Under the pieces are notes generated by a model that had not been told where the DNA came from, ran no database searches, and worked only from the letters and a program-made list of their open reading frames with translations. A stretch of DNA of 64,000 nt. Source: a virus (taxonomy: Duplodnaviria > Caudoviricetes). Of this stretch, positions 18,766 through 29,250 are shown one piece after another (position 1 is the stretch's first letter; every line of letters begins with the position of its first letter). The stretch is taken from positions 1 through 64,000 of IMG/VR virus record IMGVR_UViG_3300021400_001623. One strand, given 5' to 3'. The position numbers were made by a program, and so were the translations under genes.

Positions 18766-18948
18766 GTGATGATATTGTTTGTATATACGAAAAACCCGGA
18801 TGTAATTGAGCGATTAGAAAAAGATGGCGCTCAATTACTACAAACAAAACAAGATGGAACCAAAGTGTTCGCTCTCTCCCCTACTTCGAATTATTGGTTC
18901 TTTGAGAATAAATCAGAGACCATAATTTCAGATAGATTGACATTTTAG
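18766..18948 (+). CDS. Small hypothetical protein
   Basis: 60-aa ORF between portal and scaffold genes. Confidence 0.65.
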   Translation: MMILFVYTKNPDVIERLEKDGAQLLQTKQDGTKVFALSPTSNYWFFENKSETIISDRLTF

Positions 18949-18970
18949 CCAGCATTAGCTGGTCTTTTTA
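18948..18970 (+). terminator. Intrinsic terminator
   Basis: GCCAGC-ATTA-GCTGGT followed by CTTTTTT. Confidence 0.7.
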
Positions 18971-18971
18971 T

Positions 18972-20600
18972 TTGACTTTGAAGAAGGGAGGGAAACGAGA
19001 AACCTTGGAAAAGCAAAAAATGTCTATCCAGTTTAGCTCTGCCCTCTCCGATATTATTGAGATTAACCCGTCTTTTGACGCGGCTAAGCTGAGGGTTGCG
19101 TATACTGGAAAGAATCGCAACAATACTTTTATTTCCAAAGAGACGTTTGAGCGCGCTATTCCAACTATGTTTAACGTTCCTGTCGTTGCTAATTATATGC
19201 GCGATAAGGATGAGATCGGTTCACATGATGGTGAATGGGTTAAAGATGAAAATGGTGATAGTAAGTATGTAATGATTACACAACCCGTTGGCGTTGTGCC
19301 CGAATCCGCACAGTGGTATTGGGAAGATGTGTCTGATAATGGCGTAATGCATCAATACTTCTGCACTGAGGTAGTGTTGTGGAAGCGCCAGGAAGCATAT
19401 CAGAAAATAAAAGACAATGGCGTTACAAGTCATTCTATGGAGATTGAAGTAACGGACGGCAAGATGCTGGACGATTATTATAATATTAAGGATTTCAATT
19501 ATACGGCGTTTTGTCTGCTTGGCAGCGCAAAGCCGTGTTTTGAAAGCAGCGCGTTATTCACCTTCTCTGATGAAGAGCAGGAGAATTTCAAGCTGGAATA
19601 TACGCAGATGCTGAAAGAATTGAAGGAGCTTGGCGGCTCTTTCTCTGAAGAAGATAAGGAGGCTAACTTGAAGCTGAAAGAACTTCTTGAACAGTATTCT
19701 GTATCAATTGAGGATGTTACTTTCGACACTGATGGCCTGTCTGACGAAGAGCTTGAAGCCAAGTTCGCGGAAATGTTTGACGGCGAATCTGATGGTGAAG
19801 GCGCTGATGATCCCGCAGCTGATGATCCCGCAGCTGATGATGCTTCGGCTGAGGATGATCAAACCGAAGATCCTGCGCCAGCAGATGATGAAGGTGACGA
19901 TATCGACTATGACAATGAGGAAGATGGCGGCGAAGGTGAAACCTCCATTAAGAAACCGGAAGAATTTGTTCTGGATTCCCAGATGAGAGATACACTTTAT
20001 GCAGCTGTTCGCGACATCGCATCTCTGGAAGATGACTGGGGCGCTTATCCGCGCTACTTTGTTGCCGACTATGATGCTGAGGCAAGCGAGGTCTACTTTA
20101 TTGATATGGCTGATGGCAAGCTGTATGGATGTGGATACACATTTGACGGCGATGATATCGTAATTGATGCGGAAAATATCGTACGCAAAAAGTACGAAAT
20201 TGTTGATTATGTTGAAGGCAGTGGTGAGCAGATGTTTGCGTTTGATGGTCTGTTTGAAGCATTTAAGAATGCTTATGTTGCAGATCCGATCGATGCTGAT
20301 GAATTTAAGCGTCTGCAGGATTTTGAAGCCAGCACGCTGAAGGCGGCGCGTGAGGCCGAAGAGTCTAAGCTCTTTGCTGAATTCGAAGATCAACTAAAAG
20401 AAAATGACAACTTTACAGACCTGAAAGAGCATGCTTCTGATTATACAATCGAAGAGCTTCGTAAGGAACTGTTTGCTTTGGTCGGTCAGATGAATTTTGC
20501 GGCTAAGAATGATAAGAAGTTCGCGCCGGGAATCATTTTTGAAGACAAACCAAAGAATTCATCCATGAGAAAATTGTTCGCATGGAAGGATAACGAATAA
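18972..20600 (+). CDS. Prohead protease/scaffold protein (YonD-like)
   Basis: N-term VAYTGKNRN, IGSH, HSMEI protease-like motifs; acidic coiled-coil C-term with 15-bp tandem repeats (ADDPA) at 19803-19856. Confidence 0.7.
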   Translation: MTLKKGGKRETLEKQKMSIQFSSALSDIIEINPSFDAAKLRVAYTGKNRNNTFISKETFERAIPTMFNVPVVANYMRDKDEIGSHDGEWVKDENGDSKYVMITQPVGVVPESAQWYWEDVSDNGVMHQYFCTEVVLWKRQEAYQKIKDNGVTSHSMEIEVTDGKMLDDYYNIKDFNYTAFCLLGSAKPCFESSALFTFSDEEQENFKLEYTQMLKELKELGGSFSEEDKEANLKLKELLEQYSVSIEDVTFDTDGLSDEELEAKFAEMFDGESDGEGADDPAADDPAADDASAEDDQTEDPAPADDEGDDIDYDNEEDGGEGETSIKKPEEFVLDSQMRDTLYAAVRDIASLEDDWGAYPRYFVADYDAEASEVYFIDMADGKLYGCGYTFDGDDIVIDAENIVRKKYEIVDYVEGSGEQMFAFDGLFEAFKNAYVADPIDADEFKRLQDFEASTLKAAREAEESKLFAEFEDQLKENDNFTDLKEHASDYTIEELRKELFALVGQMNFAAKNDKKFAPGIIFEDKPKNSSMRKLFAWKDNE

Positions 20601-20621
20601 TTAATTTATTTATAATCGCCT

Positions 20622-20648
20622 ATCGCTCATTCATGTGAGCGATTTTTT
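20622..20648 (+). terminator. Intrinsic terminator
   Basis: ATCGCTCA-TTCATG-TGAGCGAT then T run. Confidence 0.75.
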
Positions 20649-20666
20649 ATTGGAGGAAATTAAAAA

Positions 20667-21200
20667 ATGGCAAGAACTAAGTATGGTTATGCCGAGAGTT
20701 CTGAGATTAAGGCCACGAATGCTGGTCATATTGTCAGCGGTGTAAACGCTGATAATGCGATTGAGAATGGTACGCTCTGGATTCTTGGCGAAAAGACTTC
20801 CGGTAGTGATGAAATTTATAAGGTTACAAAGCCTACAGCTACATCTGCCGGAGTATGGCTGGCTCTGTCCGCTCTGTATGCTTATGATACTTCTACAACT
20901 CTTGGACAGCATGAAATGTATCTTAGAAAAGAAGCAGGTGAAGCTGCAAGAATGTATGAGCTGGTTAAGTATGATAGATATGCTATCGCGGATTATATGA
21001 TCACTGCTCTGAGCAGCACAACTGGTCCTGTTGTTGGAAATTATCTGATTCCGAAGACGGATGGAACTTATACTGAAGTTTCTAAGGGAACTGATCAGAG
21101 TCCGACCGATATTTCTAGTTACGGTTTCGTTGCGAAGATCAACAGTATTGAACACAAGTCCAATCTGACGATCGTTCGTATCGAAGTGGTGAAGAACTAA
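20667..21200 (+). CDS. Head decoration / capsid-associated protein (YonC-like)
   Basis: 177 aa between scaffold and capsid genes; synteny. Confidence 0.6.
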   Translation: MARTKYGYAESSEIKATNAGHIVSGVNADNAIENGTLWILGEKTSGSDEIYKVTKPTATSAGVWLALSALYAYDTSTTLGQHEMYLRKEAGEAARMYELVKYDRYAIADYMITALSSTTGPVVGNYLIPKTDGTYTEVSKGTDQSPTDISSYGFVAKINSIEHKSNLTIVRIEVVKN

Positions 21201-21227
21201 GGCTAAGAGCAGAAGGAGGTAAACATA

Positions 21228-22250
21228 ATGAAAGAAATTACGATTCTTATGACCAACACTGCTCTTGGTAAGCAGGTTGAGAATTATAGCCTGGAAGATT
21301 CCAACACAGCTATTAGAAAGTATTTTGAGACTGAGCTGGGTATTCCGGAAGGCTGCAAGGATATGCGCGTTATTAAGAAGGCGCTAAGAAGGAATAAGGT
21401 TAGATTCTTTGAAATTATTGAAGAGACAGTTGAAAATCTACTGGTTTCTGGCTGGAGAGAGAATGAGTTCTTCCAGAGCTTCGTAGAGTTTAGAAATCTG
21501 GCTCTGGGCGAGACTAACCTGTTCTATGTGCCGGATGAGTCTATTCTGACTGTATCTGAGTTTTCTGGAGATCACAATGAGCTGATTAGACAGAAGCTTG
21601 GAGCTGGCAGAGAGTATCCGGTTGCTACAAGAGCATACGGCATCAAGATTTATGATGAGTATGTTAGATTCCAGATGGGAATCATTGACTGGGCTGGCTT
21701 CACCAACAAGATGTATGAGGCTATTGACAAGAAGATTAATGATGATATCTACGCTTCTTTCCTGCAGCTGGATCAGATCGTTCCGGCAAGCTTTGGCAAG
21801 ACTGGCGCGCTGACAAAGGCTAATGTGCTGGATCTGGCTGAGGCTGTTAGCATTGCTAATGGTGGCGAGAATGTTATGATTTGCGGCACAAGAACTGCAA
21901 TCAGTAAGCTGATGGGGCTGACTGAGGCTGGATGGATTTCAAACCAGATGAAGGAGCAGAGAAACACAACTGGTTCTGTTGCTTACTTTGAAGGAATCCA
22001 GACCATGGTAGTTCCAAACGTCTTTGAACAGGGAACAACCACTAAGAAGTACCAGGATGACACCCTGTTCTTCCTGCCGATGTCTGATGTTAAGCCGATC
22101 AAGTTCGTCTATGAGGGCGACATGGAATATACTGAGGATACTGAAAGAACTACAAGACGTGATCAGACCATCGAGGCTATGATTCAGTTCAGAGCTGGTA
22201 TGACCACTGTATTTGGCAGATACTTCGGTACCTACAAGTTCACCAGCTAA
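21228..22250 (+). CDS. Major capsid protein (YonB-like)
   Basis: 340 aa, strong SD AAGGAGGT, biased codon use, followed by terminator; synteny. Confidence 0.85.
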   Translation: MKEITILMTNTALGKQVENYSLEDSNTAIRKYFETELGIPEGCKDMRVIKKALRRNKVRFFEIIEETVENLLVSGWRENEFFQSFVEFRNLALGETNLFYVPDESILTVSEFSGDHNELIRQKLGAGREYPVATRAYGIKIYDEYVRFQMGIIDWAGFTNKMYEAIDKKINDDIYASFLQLDQIVPASFGKTGALTKANVLDLAEAVSIANGGENVMICGTRTAISKLMGLTEAGWISNQMKEQRNTTGSVAYFEGIQTMVVPNVFEQGTTTKKYQDDTLFFLPMSDVKPIKFVYEGDMEYTEDTERTTRRDQTIEAMIQFRAGMTTVFGRYFGTYKFTS

Positions 22251-22267
22251 TTGAATTTATATATTGC

Positions 22268-22291
22268 GGGCGGGGTCTTCCCCGCCCTTTT
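22268..22291 (+). terminator. Intrinsic terminator after capsid gene
   Basis: GGGCGGGG-TCTT-CCCCGCCC then TTTT. Confidence 0.85.
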
Positions 22292-22315
22292 AATAGAGAA
22301 AAGGAGTTAATATAA

Positions 22316-22885
22316 ATGGCCGAAGAGAAAAAGACTAAGGCAAAGAAGTCAACCGCAAAGAAACCGGCGGCGAAGAAGGCGCCAGCTAAAAAAACTGCCA
22401 CGAAGCCTTCTGAGCCAAAGCTAGCCGAAAAAAGCTTTGATATGAATACACCAATTCGTTGTCGCAGTGTTAGACAGAATGATCTGATTTACGTTGCATC
22501 TAACGGAATTACCTATACGTGGAATGGATTTGGCGATCTGCGCGAGCTTCCATATCAGGAAGTTGTGTCTATGAAAAGTAGACGTTCTAAATTCCTATAT
22601 GAGCCATGGCTGATTATTGAGGATGATGATCTGTTAAACAGTAAAATGTTTGCTGGCGAATTCGATGATATGTATAAAATCTATAAAGAATTCGAAGATC
22701 CTAAGACGTTCTTTAGTAAGAAGCCGAGTGAGATCAAAGAAGTGCTAAAAAACGCACCAAATGGTCTGCGTGACTTAATCGTCTATAATGCTGGTAGGTA
22801 TATTGACGAAGGTGTACTTGATAGTATCGGAGTAGTTAATGCGATTGATGATGTTCTTGGTACTCAATTAAGAATGTTACTGTAA
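22316..22885 (+). CDS. Head-associated protein (YonA-like)
   Basis: 189 aa with K/A-rich N-terminus; synteny. Confidence 0.6.
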   Translation: MAEEKKTKAKKSTAKKPAAKKAPAKKTATKPSEPKLAEKSFDMNTPIRCRSVRQNDLIYVASNGITYTWNGFGDLRELPYQEVVSMKSRRSKFLYEPWLIIEDDDLLNSKMFAGEFDDMYKIYKEFEDPKTFFSKKPSEIKEVLKNAPNGLRDLIVYNAGRYIDEGVLDSIGVVNAIDDVLGTQLRMLL

Positions 22886-22891
22886 GGAGGT

Positions 22892-23830
22892 GTGGCGCTT
22901 TTGAGCACTTCCTACAATACAATTTATACGTCTTTTTTATCAAAGATTGTTGATTTTGATTTGCCGGAGTTAACAGATGATGAGTTGAAAACATATTGCA
23001 ATCGCTTTATGGAGTCTGCCATTATTAAGTTGCCGGAGATTGTAAATGATTTATCCGAGCGTGAGGTGCTTGAGCCTGAGATTATTACTGAGGTGGAGCC
23101 GACTGAGGAAGAAGAGCCTACAGTTGAGACGCCGGAGGAGCCTGAAGAAAATGGTGGAGAGCAGACAGAGACTATCGAGAAAACAACTTATGTTCTTTAT
23201 TTAGACGAGTCTGCTTATGGTCGTTTTACATATACAGTGCCGGACTTAAAGAAGTTAGTTGCGAATGAATCAAGCTTCACGTTATTTATACGTGTTAGTA
23301 ATTTTATTAAATTAATCACATTTACACGTGGTACTACAGAAACAAAAGATTGTGTGATTCATAATAATTTCTCTTGCACGATTGCTTATGATGGTGTCGA
23401 TCAATTGGTGTTTTCCAATTTAAGCTCAAATGCGGTGAATTATAAGTTACTTTATATTACTTATGATACGCCAAATACCGAGCCAGTTGAAGAGCCAGTT
23501 GTTGATCCTACCCCCATTACCATTAATGACGAGATGCAGAATGTTATTGATAACGAGGGCGTTATTGAGGCAGAAGAAGTATTTACTGCCGATTTGACTG
23601 GCCTCGAAATAGAGATTATTGCATCTCAGATGGTCGTTGAGTGGATCAATAATGAGCTAAATAATACTCAATTAACTCGGATGTTTGTTGGTACCAAAGA
23701 TGAATCAATGTCTTCTCAGGCTAATCATATTGAGAAATTAACAACTTTGAAAGAAAAGCGTCGCGCGGATGTATCTATGATGATCCGTGATTATGCTTAT
23801 CGAGAATGGGTTAAGGAGGCGGTACAGTAA
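22892..23830 (+). CDS. Head-tail adaptor-like protein with internal insertion
   Basis: N-term TSYNTIYTSFLSKIVD and C-term FTADLTGLEIEIIASQM...SQANH separated by a ~170-aa segment bounded by E/P-rich linkers. Confidence 0.6.
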   Translation: MALLSTSYNTIYTSFLSKIVDFDLPELTDDELKTYCNRFMESAIIKLPEIVNDLSEREVLEPEIITEVEPTEEEEPTVETPEEPEENGGEQTETIEKTTYVLYLDESAYGRFTYTVPDLKKLVANESSFTLFIRVSNFIKLITFTRGTTETKDCVIHNNFSCTIAYDGVDQLVFSNLSSNAVNYKLLYITYDTPNTEPVEEPVVDPTPITINDEMQNVIDNEGVIEAEEVFTADLTGLEIEIIASQMVVEWINNELNNTQLTRMFVGTKDESMSSQANHIEKLTTLKEKRRADVSMMIRDYAYREWVKEAVQ

Positions 23831-24138
23831 TGCACACAAAATATGGAAATTACTCAAACCTCTCATTCTCTGATTATAAGAAATCCCTTATTGACCGTAT
23901 ATGGTGTTTAATTCCTTTGCGCGAAGAGCATTGCAAAACGATAGATCGCAATGTTGAACGTATTAATCGTGAACTTAATGGTCTACTTACTGTAAGCGGC
24001 GTAGAGGATAAATATATTATCACTGTTATTCATCTATTAGAGCATTCGGTACATGAAGAAGACTTCTCTGTGTATCGTTCAGACATCCTTCGCTGCTGTG
24101 AACTTGTTAAGAAGATCGGCGGTGATGATAATGTTTGA
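23830..24138 (+). CDS. Hypothetical virion/neck-region protein
   Basis: 102-aa ORF translationally coupled (TAATG). Confidence 0.7.
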   Translation: MHTKYGNYSNLSFSDYKKSLIDRIWCLIPLREEHCKTIDRNVERINRELNGLLTVSGVEDKYIITVIHLLEHSVHEEDFSVYRSDILRCCELVKKIGGDDNV

Positions 24139-25186
24139 GGAATATAGAAATCGCATGGATCGTCGTGGCGGAAATATTCGTCAAGCAAATCGTAATCAAT
24201 CCATTAAGATTATGGAAAATAGTTTTGATATATCACAAACATATCGCCAGGTTTTTATTGGCAGTGAAGATGGTGAGCCTGTAGATGCACGGATTACTGG
24301 AGGTTCAGCGACTACTATTCGTGGTGGTACTGGTAACTATGAAATTATGTTCCGTGATGGAGTTTATTATCCGGCTGGCACATATGTTTTTGTTGAAGAT
24401 GCTGAAGGCAAACCGGAACCATGGATGATTATGTACATTTCAGATGATGCTATGTTTCCACGACATATTTTGCGCAAATGCAACTATCTACTCAAATGGA
24501 AGAATAGTAGCGGCGACATTATTGAGCGTTGGTGTGTATTCTCAGATAATCAGCGGCTCATTAACGGCGAGCGAAATGTAGATTGGAACAGGTTAATTCT
24601 GTCGTCTTATTCTACTGTAATTTACTTACCGTGTGATCCTGAGACGATTAATGTGAGAATGGATAAACGATTCCTCATCGACCATCCAGATGCTGAAGGT
24701 AATCCAGAGGCATGGATTGTCCGTAATAGGAATGTTAATTCGAAAATCTTTGATGGATATGATGGTGTAATCGAATTAGCGATTGCACGACATCAATTCA
24801 ATCATAACACTGATAGCAAGGAATTAATGGTTGCTAATTATTATAGCGAAACGCCAATACCAGAAGAGTTTGACGATGATAATGAATATGAGATTAGAAT
24901 TACATATAAAAACTCGCCTGATTTAAAAATGGATACTCCATTTAAGAATTATAAAGCGGAATTTCAAGTTAATGGTGAGCCAGATGATACGTTAACGGCT
25001 ACTTGGGATGTGATTCTAAATGACGAATTTGCCGATAAATTCACATATGAGTCGGTTGGCAATATATTTAAAATTAAATGTTCATATGATGGGTTGATGA
25101 TGGGTTCATTCATAAGAATTATTGCTGCCAATGAAGAACATGGCATTTCTGCTGAATTGCCCGTAAAGGTGGTGAGTAGTATCTAA
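24131..25186 (+). CDS. Head closure/neck-like structural protein
   Basis: ORF track 24053..25186; likely start ATG 24131 (MFEEY) after GGTGATG; SPbeta synteny. Confidence 0.65.
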   Translation: MFEEYRNRMDRRGGNIRQANRNQSIKIMENSFDISQTYRQVFIGSEDGEPVDARITGGSATTIRGGTGNYEIMFRDGVYYPAGTYVFVEDAEGKPEPWMIMYISDDAMFPRHILRKCNYLLKWKNSSGDIIERWCVFSDNQRLINGERNVDWNRLILSSYSTVIYLPCDPETINVRMDKRFLIDHPDAEGNPEAWIVRNRNVNSKIFDGYDGVIELAIARHQFNHNTDSKELMVANYYSETPIPEEFDDDNEYEIRITYKNSPDLKMDTPFKNYKAEFQVNGEPDDTLTATWDVILNDEFADKFTYESVGNIFKIKCSYDGLMMGSFIRIIAANEEHGISAELPVKVVSSI

Positions 25187-25677
25187 TGGCAAGTCATGAT
25201 AAAAAAGTTGCTATGAATACAGAGCTTTACAATTATAAACGTAAAGTGATTGCCGCCATACTGAGCCAAGATGAGATTGTCGAGGCTTTAAATTCAGAAG
25301 AAGATCCAAGTGAACTTGTATACACCTGCGTATTCCCATATGGTGTTATCCCAGATACACAAATGGATGCCAAGTGTTATATAACGGTTGAAATAACAAT
25401 GCCGCAGGTTTCCACGGTAAATTACTTCTTTAAGGATGTCCTGCTAGTCATCAATGTAGTCTGCCATAACGATTTAATGCGTACTGATTATGGAATTCCA
25501 AGGCATGATTATATTTCAGCTAAGATTTGTGAGCTGTTGAATTTCTCAACAGACCTTGGATACGGTGAACTTCAGCTTGTGTCTAATACTGAAGGCGCAT
25601 TTTCAGAACGTCATTCTGGGCGTACAATGCGTTTTAAGACTTCCGAACAGGCGGCAGCTGCTGGATACTGCGCATAG
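25186..25677 (+). CDS. Tail completion/terminator-like protein
   Basis: 163 aa upstream of the major tail gene; synteny. Confidence 0.55.
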   Translation: MASHDKKVAMNTELYNYKRKVIAAILSQDEIVEALNSEEDPSELVYTCVFPYGVIPDTQMDAKCYITVEITMPQVSTVNYFFKDVLLVINVVCHNDLMRTDYGIPRHDYISAKICELLNFSTDLGYGELQLVSNTEGAFSERHSGRTMRFKTSEQAAAAGYCA

Positions 25678-25685
25678 GTGGCTAT

Positions 25686-26417
25686 ATGGATCAGCTGCTT
25701 TTAATGCGCGGGAATCCGTATCATATTTCAAAATATATCTGCATTAACAACCCTACAATTGGTCAAATAGCAGAATATGGCGAAGAAAATTATTGGAGCA
25801 TGGTTACTGAAATATGTTCAACTTCTTACGATTATCGACTAATGCTTGAAGAGGCAGGAATCGACTATTTGGAAATTGATGATTATACCATGTTCCGTAC
25901 TACATGTCATGGTTTAACACCTGATATGACAAGTATCTTAATCCCAGATTTGGATTTTACAAAATTAATAGCTGCACAAAATACTGATGGACGTATTGTG
26001 ATGATCAATCAAGAAGGTGAAATCGTTCTCGATGAATTTATCTATCAGCTTATGGTTGATTACATCCGTAGTGTACACAGTATCGAGCGCAATTTTGAGA
26101 TCCCAGGTAATAAAGCAGCGCGTGATGTTTTTATGTGGGAGGCACGTGAAGCACGGCAAAATGCCGGACGTAAAAAGTTTAAATCAATGCTTGCCCCACT
26201 TGTATCTGCGATGTGTAATTGTGAAGGATTCAAGTATAATTTTGATACTGTCTGGGATTTAAATATATATGTATTTATGGATGCGGTTAAACGTATTCAG
26301 AAAATAAATGCAGCAAATCACTTCTTGAATGGCATGTACTCAGGAATGATGGATGTTTCTAAGATGGGTAAGGCTGCTATTAAAAAGGAAACTGATTGGT
26401 TAGGCGAGCTTAAATAG
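25686..26417 (+). CDS. Conserved phage tail-region protein (YomV-like)
   Basis: 243 aa immediately upstream of major tail protein; synteny. Confidence 0.55.
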   Translation: MDQLLLMRGNPYHISKYICINNPTIGQIAEYGEENYWSMVTEICSTSYDYRLMLEEAGIDYLEIDDYTMFRTTCHGLTPDMTSILIPDLDFTKLIAAQNTDGRIVMINQEGEIVLDEFIYQLMVDYIRSVHSIERNFEIPGNKAARDVFMWEAREARQNAGRKKFKSMLAPLVSAMCNCEGFKYNFDTVWDLNIYVFMDAVKRIQKINAANHFLNGMYSGMMDVSKMGKAAIKKETDWLGELK

Positions 26418-26430
26418 CTCGTTATTTTTT
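26403..26430 (+). terminator. Intrinsic terminator
   Basis: GGCGAGCT-TAAAT-AGCTCGTT then ATTTTTTT. Confidence 0.7.
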
Positions 26431-26450
26431 TAGAAAGGAAGAGATTTAAT

Positions 26451-27233
26451 ATGGCTCTGAATATTGATAACCTTATTATCGATAGAGCGCTGTCTGGCTC
26501 CATGATCGATAGATCGACAGGCGAAGCACTGTACTCCCTGAACCAGATCGCTGATCCTTCGCTCGAATGTACTGGTGAACAGGTTTATGTAACTGACGCT
26601 GTTGGTGTTAGAGTTGCTGCGTTTGACCGTTCTAAGGAAGCTACACTGAGCGGAACCAATGCATTCTTCAACCTGGGTCTGGCTGCTACACAGTTTGGTA
26701 CAAAGAAGAAGACTGCTGATTCTACAAATACTATTATCGTTCCGGTTAGAGAAGCGCACACTGTTGCTGCAAATCATACTGTGGAACTCGATAATACTCC
26801 GATTTTAACTGAAGTTCTGTCTGTAAACCTTGCTACTAAGGATGGTGGTATTACACAGACATTAACAAAGGCTGATACAGCTGCTGCTGGTAAATTCTCC
26901 ATTAACGGTAAAGTAATCACTTTCCATACTGATATTGAGGAAGGCCAGAGCGTCATCGTTCTATACAGAAAGAATTCTGAGTCTGCTATTCAGATCGACA
27001 ACCAGGCTGATGCTTTCACGAAGGGTGGAGAGTTCTGGCTTGAAGTTCTGTTCTGTGACATCTGCGATACTAACACTAAGTATCATGGATTCCTCGTCTT
27101 CCCGAATGGTAAGATGACGAATGAAACAACTATCGACTTCAATAATGAAGCTACTCATGGTTTCACTATCGAAGCTATGCAGGACTACTGCGACGTTGAT
27201 AAGAAGCTTTTCTATATCGTAGTTTCTGAGTAA
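26451..27233 (+). CDS. Major tail (tube) protein (YomU-like)
   Basis: 260 aa, beta-rich, biased codon use, strong SD; synteny. Confidence 0.78.
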   Translation: MALNIDNLIIDRALSGSMIDRSTGEALYSLNQIADPSLECTGEQVYVTDAVGVRVAAFDRSKEATLSGTNAFFNLGLAATQFGTKKKTADSTNTIIVPVREAHTVAANHTVELDNTPILTEVLSVNLATKDGGITQTLTKADTAAAGKFSINGKVITFHTDIEEGQSVIVLYRKNSESAIQIDNQADAFTKGGEFWLEVLFCDICDTNTKYHGFLVFPNGKMTNETTIDFNNEATHGFTIEAMQDYCDVDKKLFYIVVSE

Positions 27234-27251
27234 TTTATCACTAGGTGGTGA

Positions 27252-27629
27252 TTGCTCGTGGCTAAGAATGCAACTTGTCTTCTTTGCGGAACAGAGTACG
27301 AAGTTTGTAAATATTGCCAACGGACAAGATTATATACGCCGTGGAAAATCGACTTTGATTCTCCACGGCATTTTCAAATTTATTCTATCGTAACAGATGT
27401 CAGGAATAATATTCTTACGAATGATGAGGCTAAAGAACGGCTAGAGCATCTTGATGTAACACAAGATGAGGTCGCAACATTTGTTGAATCTGTGCAGGCA
27501 ACTTTAAAGCCAGTACTTGGTATTAAAGATCAGCCTGTAAAGGTAGAAAAGATTGTTGTTCAAGATGAACCGCAAGCTGATGTACAACCGCAAAAGAAAT
27601 CAAAGTCCTTCAGAGGACGTAAAAAATAA
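27252..27629 (+). CDS. Hypothetical protein with Cys pairs
   Basis: CLLCG...CKYC; likely start GTG 27258. Confidence 0.7.
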   Translation: MLVAKNATCLLCGTEYEVCKYCQRTRLYTPWKIDFDSPRHFQIYSIVTDVRNNILTNDEAKERLEHLDVTQDEVATFVESVQATLKPVLGIKDQPVKVEKIVVQDEPQADVQPQKKSKSFRGRKK

Positions 27630-27636
27630 ATATTCC

Positions 27637-27699
27637 GAGGAATGGGAAAGGAGGTTTTATAACTTATTATTGGCTACCCTGCCCCATTCCTCATTTTTT
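27637..27699 (+). terminator. Long-stem terminator-like hairpin
   Basis: GAGGAATGGG(27637-46)/CCCATTCCTC(27683-92) then T run. Confidence 0.6.
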
Positions 27700-27713
27700 A
27701 CTTTTTAATTTAT

Positions 27714-28154
27714 ATGGATAAATATATTGAAATTGTCATTGATTCTAAGCTTGTAGCACAATTTAATGAGGAATATTTTATCGAACATCCTCGTGCTCGC
27801 AATCCCAAAATTAAAGCCCCGCAACATCCAAGCATGAATGATTATTATAAAAGCAATTTTCAATCTGCAAATAAAATCAAACAGAACTGGAAAGAGTTTA
27901 TTGTATGGTGTTTGAAAGATACTGACTTGGCTGGTTATAAGATTAATCGTTGTAACATTACATATACAACGTATTTCAAAACTAATCGCCGCCATGATCT
28001 TGATAACATTTCCCCAAAATTCATATTAGATGGATTTGTTGAAGCGGGCTTAATTGTCGATGATGATTATAAACATATTGAGAGCCTCACTATTAAGTGC
28101 GGCATCGATAAAGAAAATCCAAGAATGGAATTTCTGATTGAAATTTTAGATTAG
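27714..28154 (+). CDS. rusA: RusA-family Holliday junction resolvase
   Basis: RRHDLDNISPKFILDGFVEAGLIVDDD signature. Confidence 0.85.
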   Translation: MDKYIEIVIDSKLVAQFNEEYFIEHPRARNPKIKAPQHPSMNDYYKSNFQSANKIKQNWKEFIVWCLKDTDLAGYKINRCNITYTTYFKTNRRHDLDNISPKFILDGFVEAGLIVDDDYKHIESLTIKCGIDKENPRMEFLIEILD

Positions 28155-28166
28155 GAGAATGAGAAT

Positions 28167-28817
28167 ATGAGTGAATTTAATACCGCTCTTGAATATGTAG
28201 AAGCGGCGTTAGCAGATAAAAAGACCATCGAGTTTGGCGATGACGAGTTTGTGCTTACAGTGAATGAAAATATCGATATTAATGACGTGTATAATGCCAT
28301 CAATAATATCGTAGAAAATGTTGTTGAGCGCGAATTTGAATATGAGTTAATCGACCTTATGATCCCCTATTACCTTATTAGTCTTTTTACGGATATTGAT
28401 GTCACGACTATTAAAGATGGGGATGAGGAATATCCAGATTATGAACAGTGCTATAAAATTGCAACAGTATTTAATTTAGAATACGAGCTCACACAGGTAT
28501 CCCCTCTTGTCGCTGGATATATTTATTTAATGAACCAGAATATTTGGCGGCGACTTGATTATCAAAAGTCACAGGGTGCATATTTAAAGCGTGAACTTAT
28601 GGATGCAATCAGCACATTCTATATGATCATGGATGAGCTCGATGAAGTTGCAGAGCAACAGAAGGATATCGATGTTGACGGATTCGTATCACAATTAAAC
28701 GAAATATCAGAAGCTCTACAGGACTTAAACACACAAAAGTCAGAATCGCTGGCGGTTCTTGATGGTGGCAAAACATCTGTTGACCTTGCTCTACCAAAGA
28801 GTGATCAGGAAGAATAG
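28167..28817 (+). CDS. Acidic hypothetical protein (possible tail assembly chaperone)
   Basis: 216 aa, very acidic, located between major tail and tape measure genes. Confidence 0.55.
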   Translation: MSEFNTALEYVEAALADKKTIEFGDDEFVLTVNENIDINDVYNAINNIVENVVEREFEYELIDLMIPYYLISLFTDIDVTTIKDGDEEYPDYEQCYKIATVFNLEYELTQVSPLVAGYIYLMNQNIWRRLDYQKSQGAYLKRELMDAISTFYMIMDELDEVAEQQKDIDVDGFVSQLNEISEALQDLNTQKSESLAVLDGGKTSVDLALPKSDQEE

Positions 28818-28852
28818 TATGACGGTGCCTTATATAGCACTGTCGGGAAGAG

Positions 28853-29176
28853 GTGTTTAAAATGTCACCAGGTGCAACGATTGTATTAGCTATTGTATCG
28901 TCTAATGCCCTCTTCGGATTTATTCAATTTTTGATTACTCGGTTGTTTGACAGCCGCAATGTCATAAAGAAAACACTTTCAGCAGTTTGTTATAATCAAC
29001 TTGCTGAAAAAATTGAGAAAAGTCTGGACCGTGGTTATGCCACACCAGAAGTCCGAAGAGATGTGACAGTGCTATATGAATCTTATAAAGAGAATGGATG
29101 GAATGGAGATATGGATTCGCGCATGACGAAATTCTATGCTCTTCCAACTAAAAATCTTGATGATATTTATCAATAA
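28853..29176 (+). CDS. Membrane-anchored, holin-like protein
   Basis: N-terminal hydrophobic helix ATIVLAIVSSNALFGFIQFLI; C-term LYESYKENGWNG. Confidence 0.55.
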   Translation: MFKMSPGATIVLAIVSSNALFGFIQFLITRLFDSRNVIKKTLSAVCYNQLAEKIEKSLDRGYATPEVRRDVTVLYESYKENGWNGDMDSRMTKFYALPTKNLDDIYQ

Positions 29177-29250
29177 AAAAGCACTGTAATTAATTATAGA
29201 TCAAGGGGCGGTTCCTAGCCGCCCTATTTTTATATATGGAGACAATGTAA

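Noticed and set aside
23063-23581. Intein in the neck protein
   Set aside because: No N-terminal Cys/Ser block or C-terminal His-Asn motif, and no LAGLIDADG.
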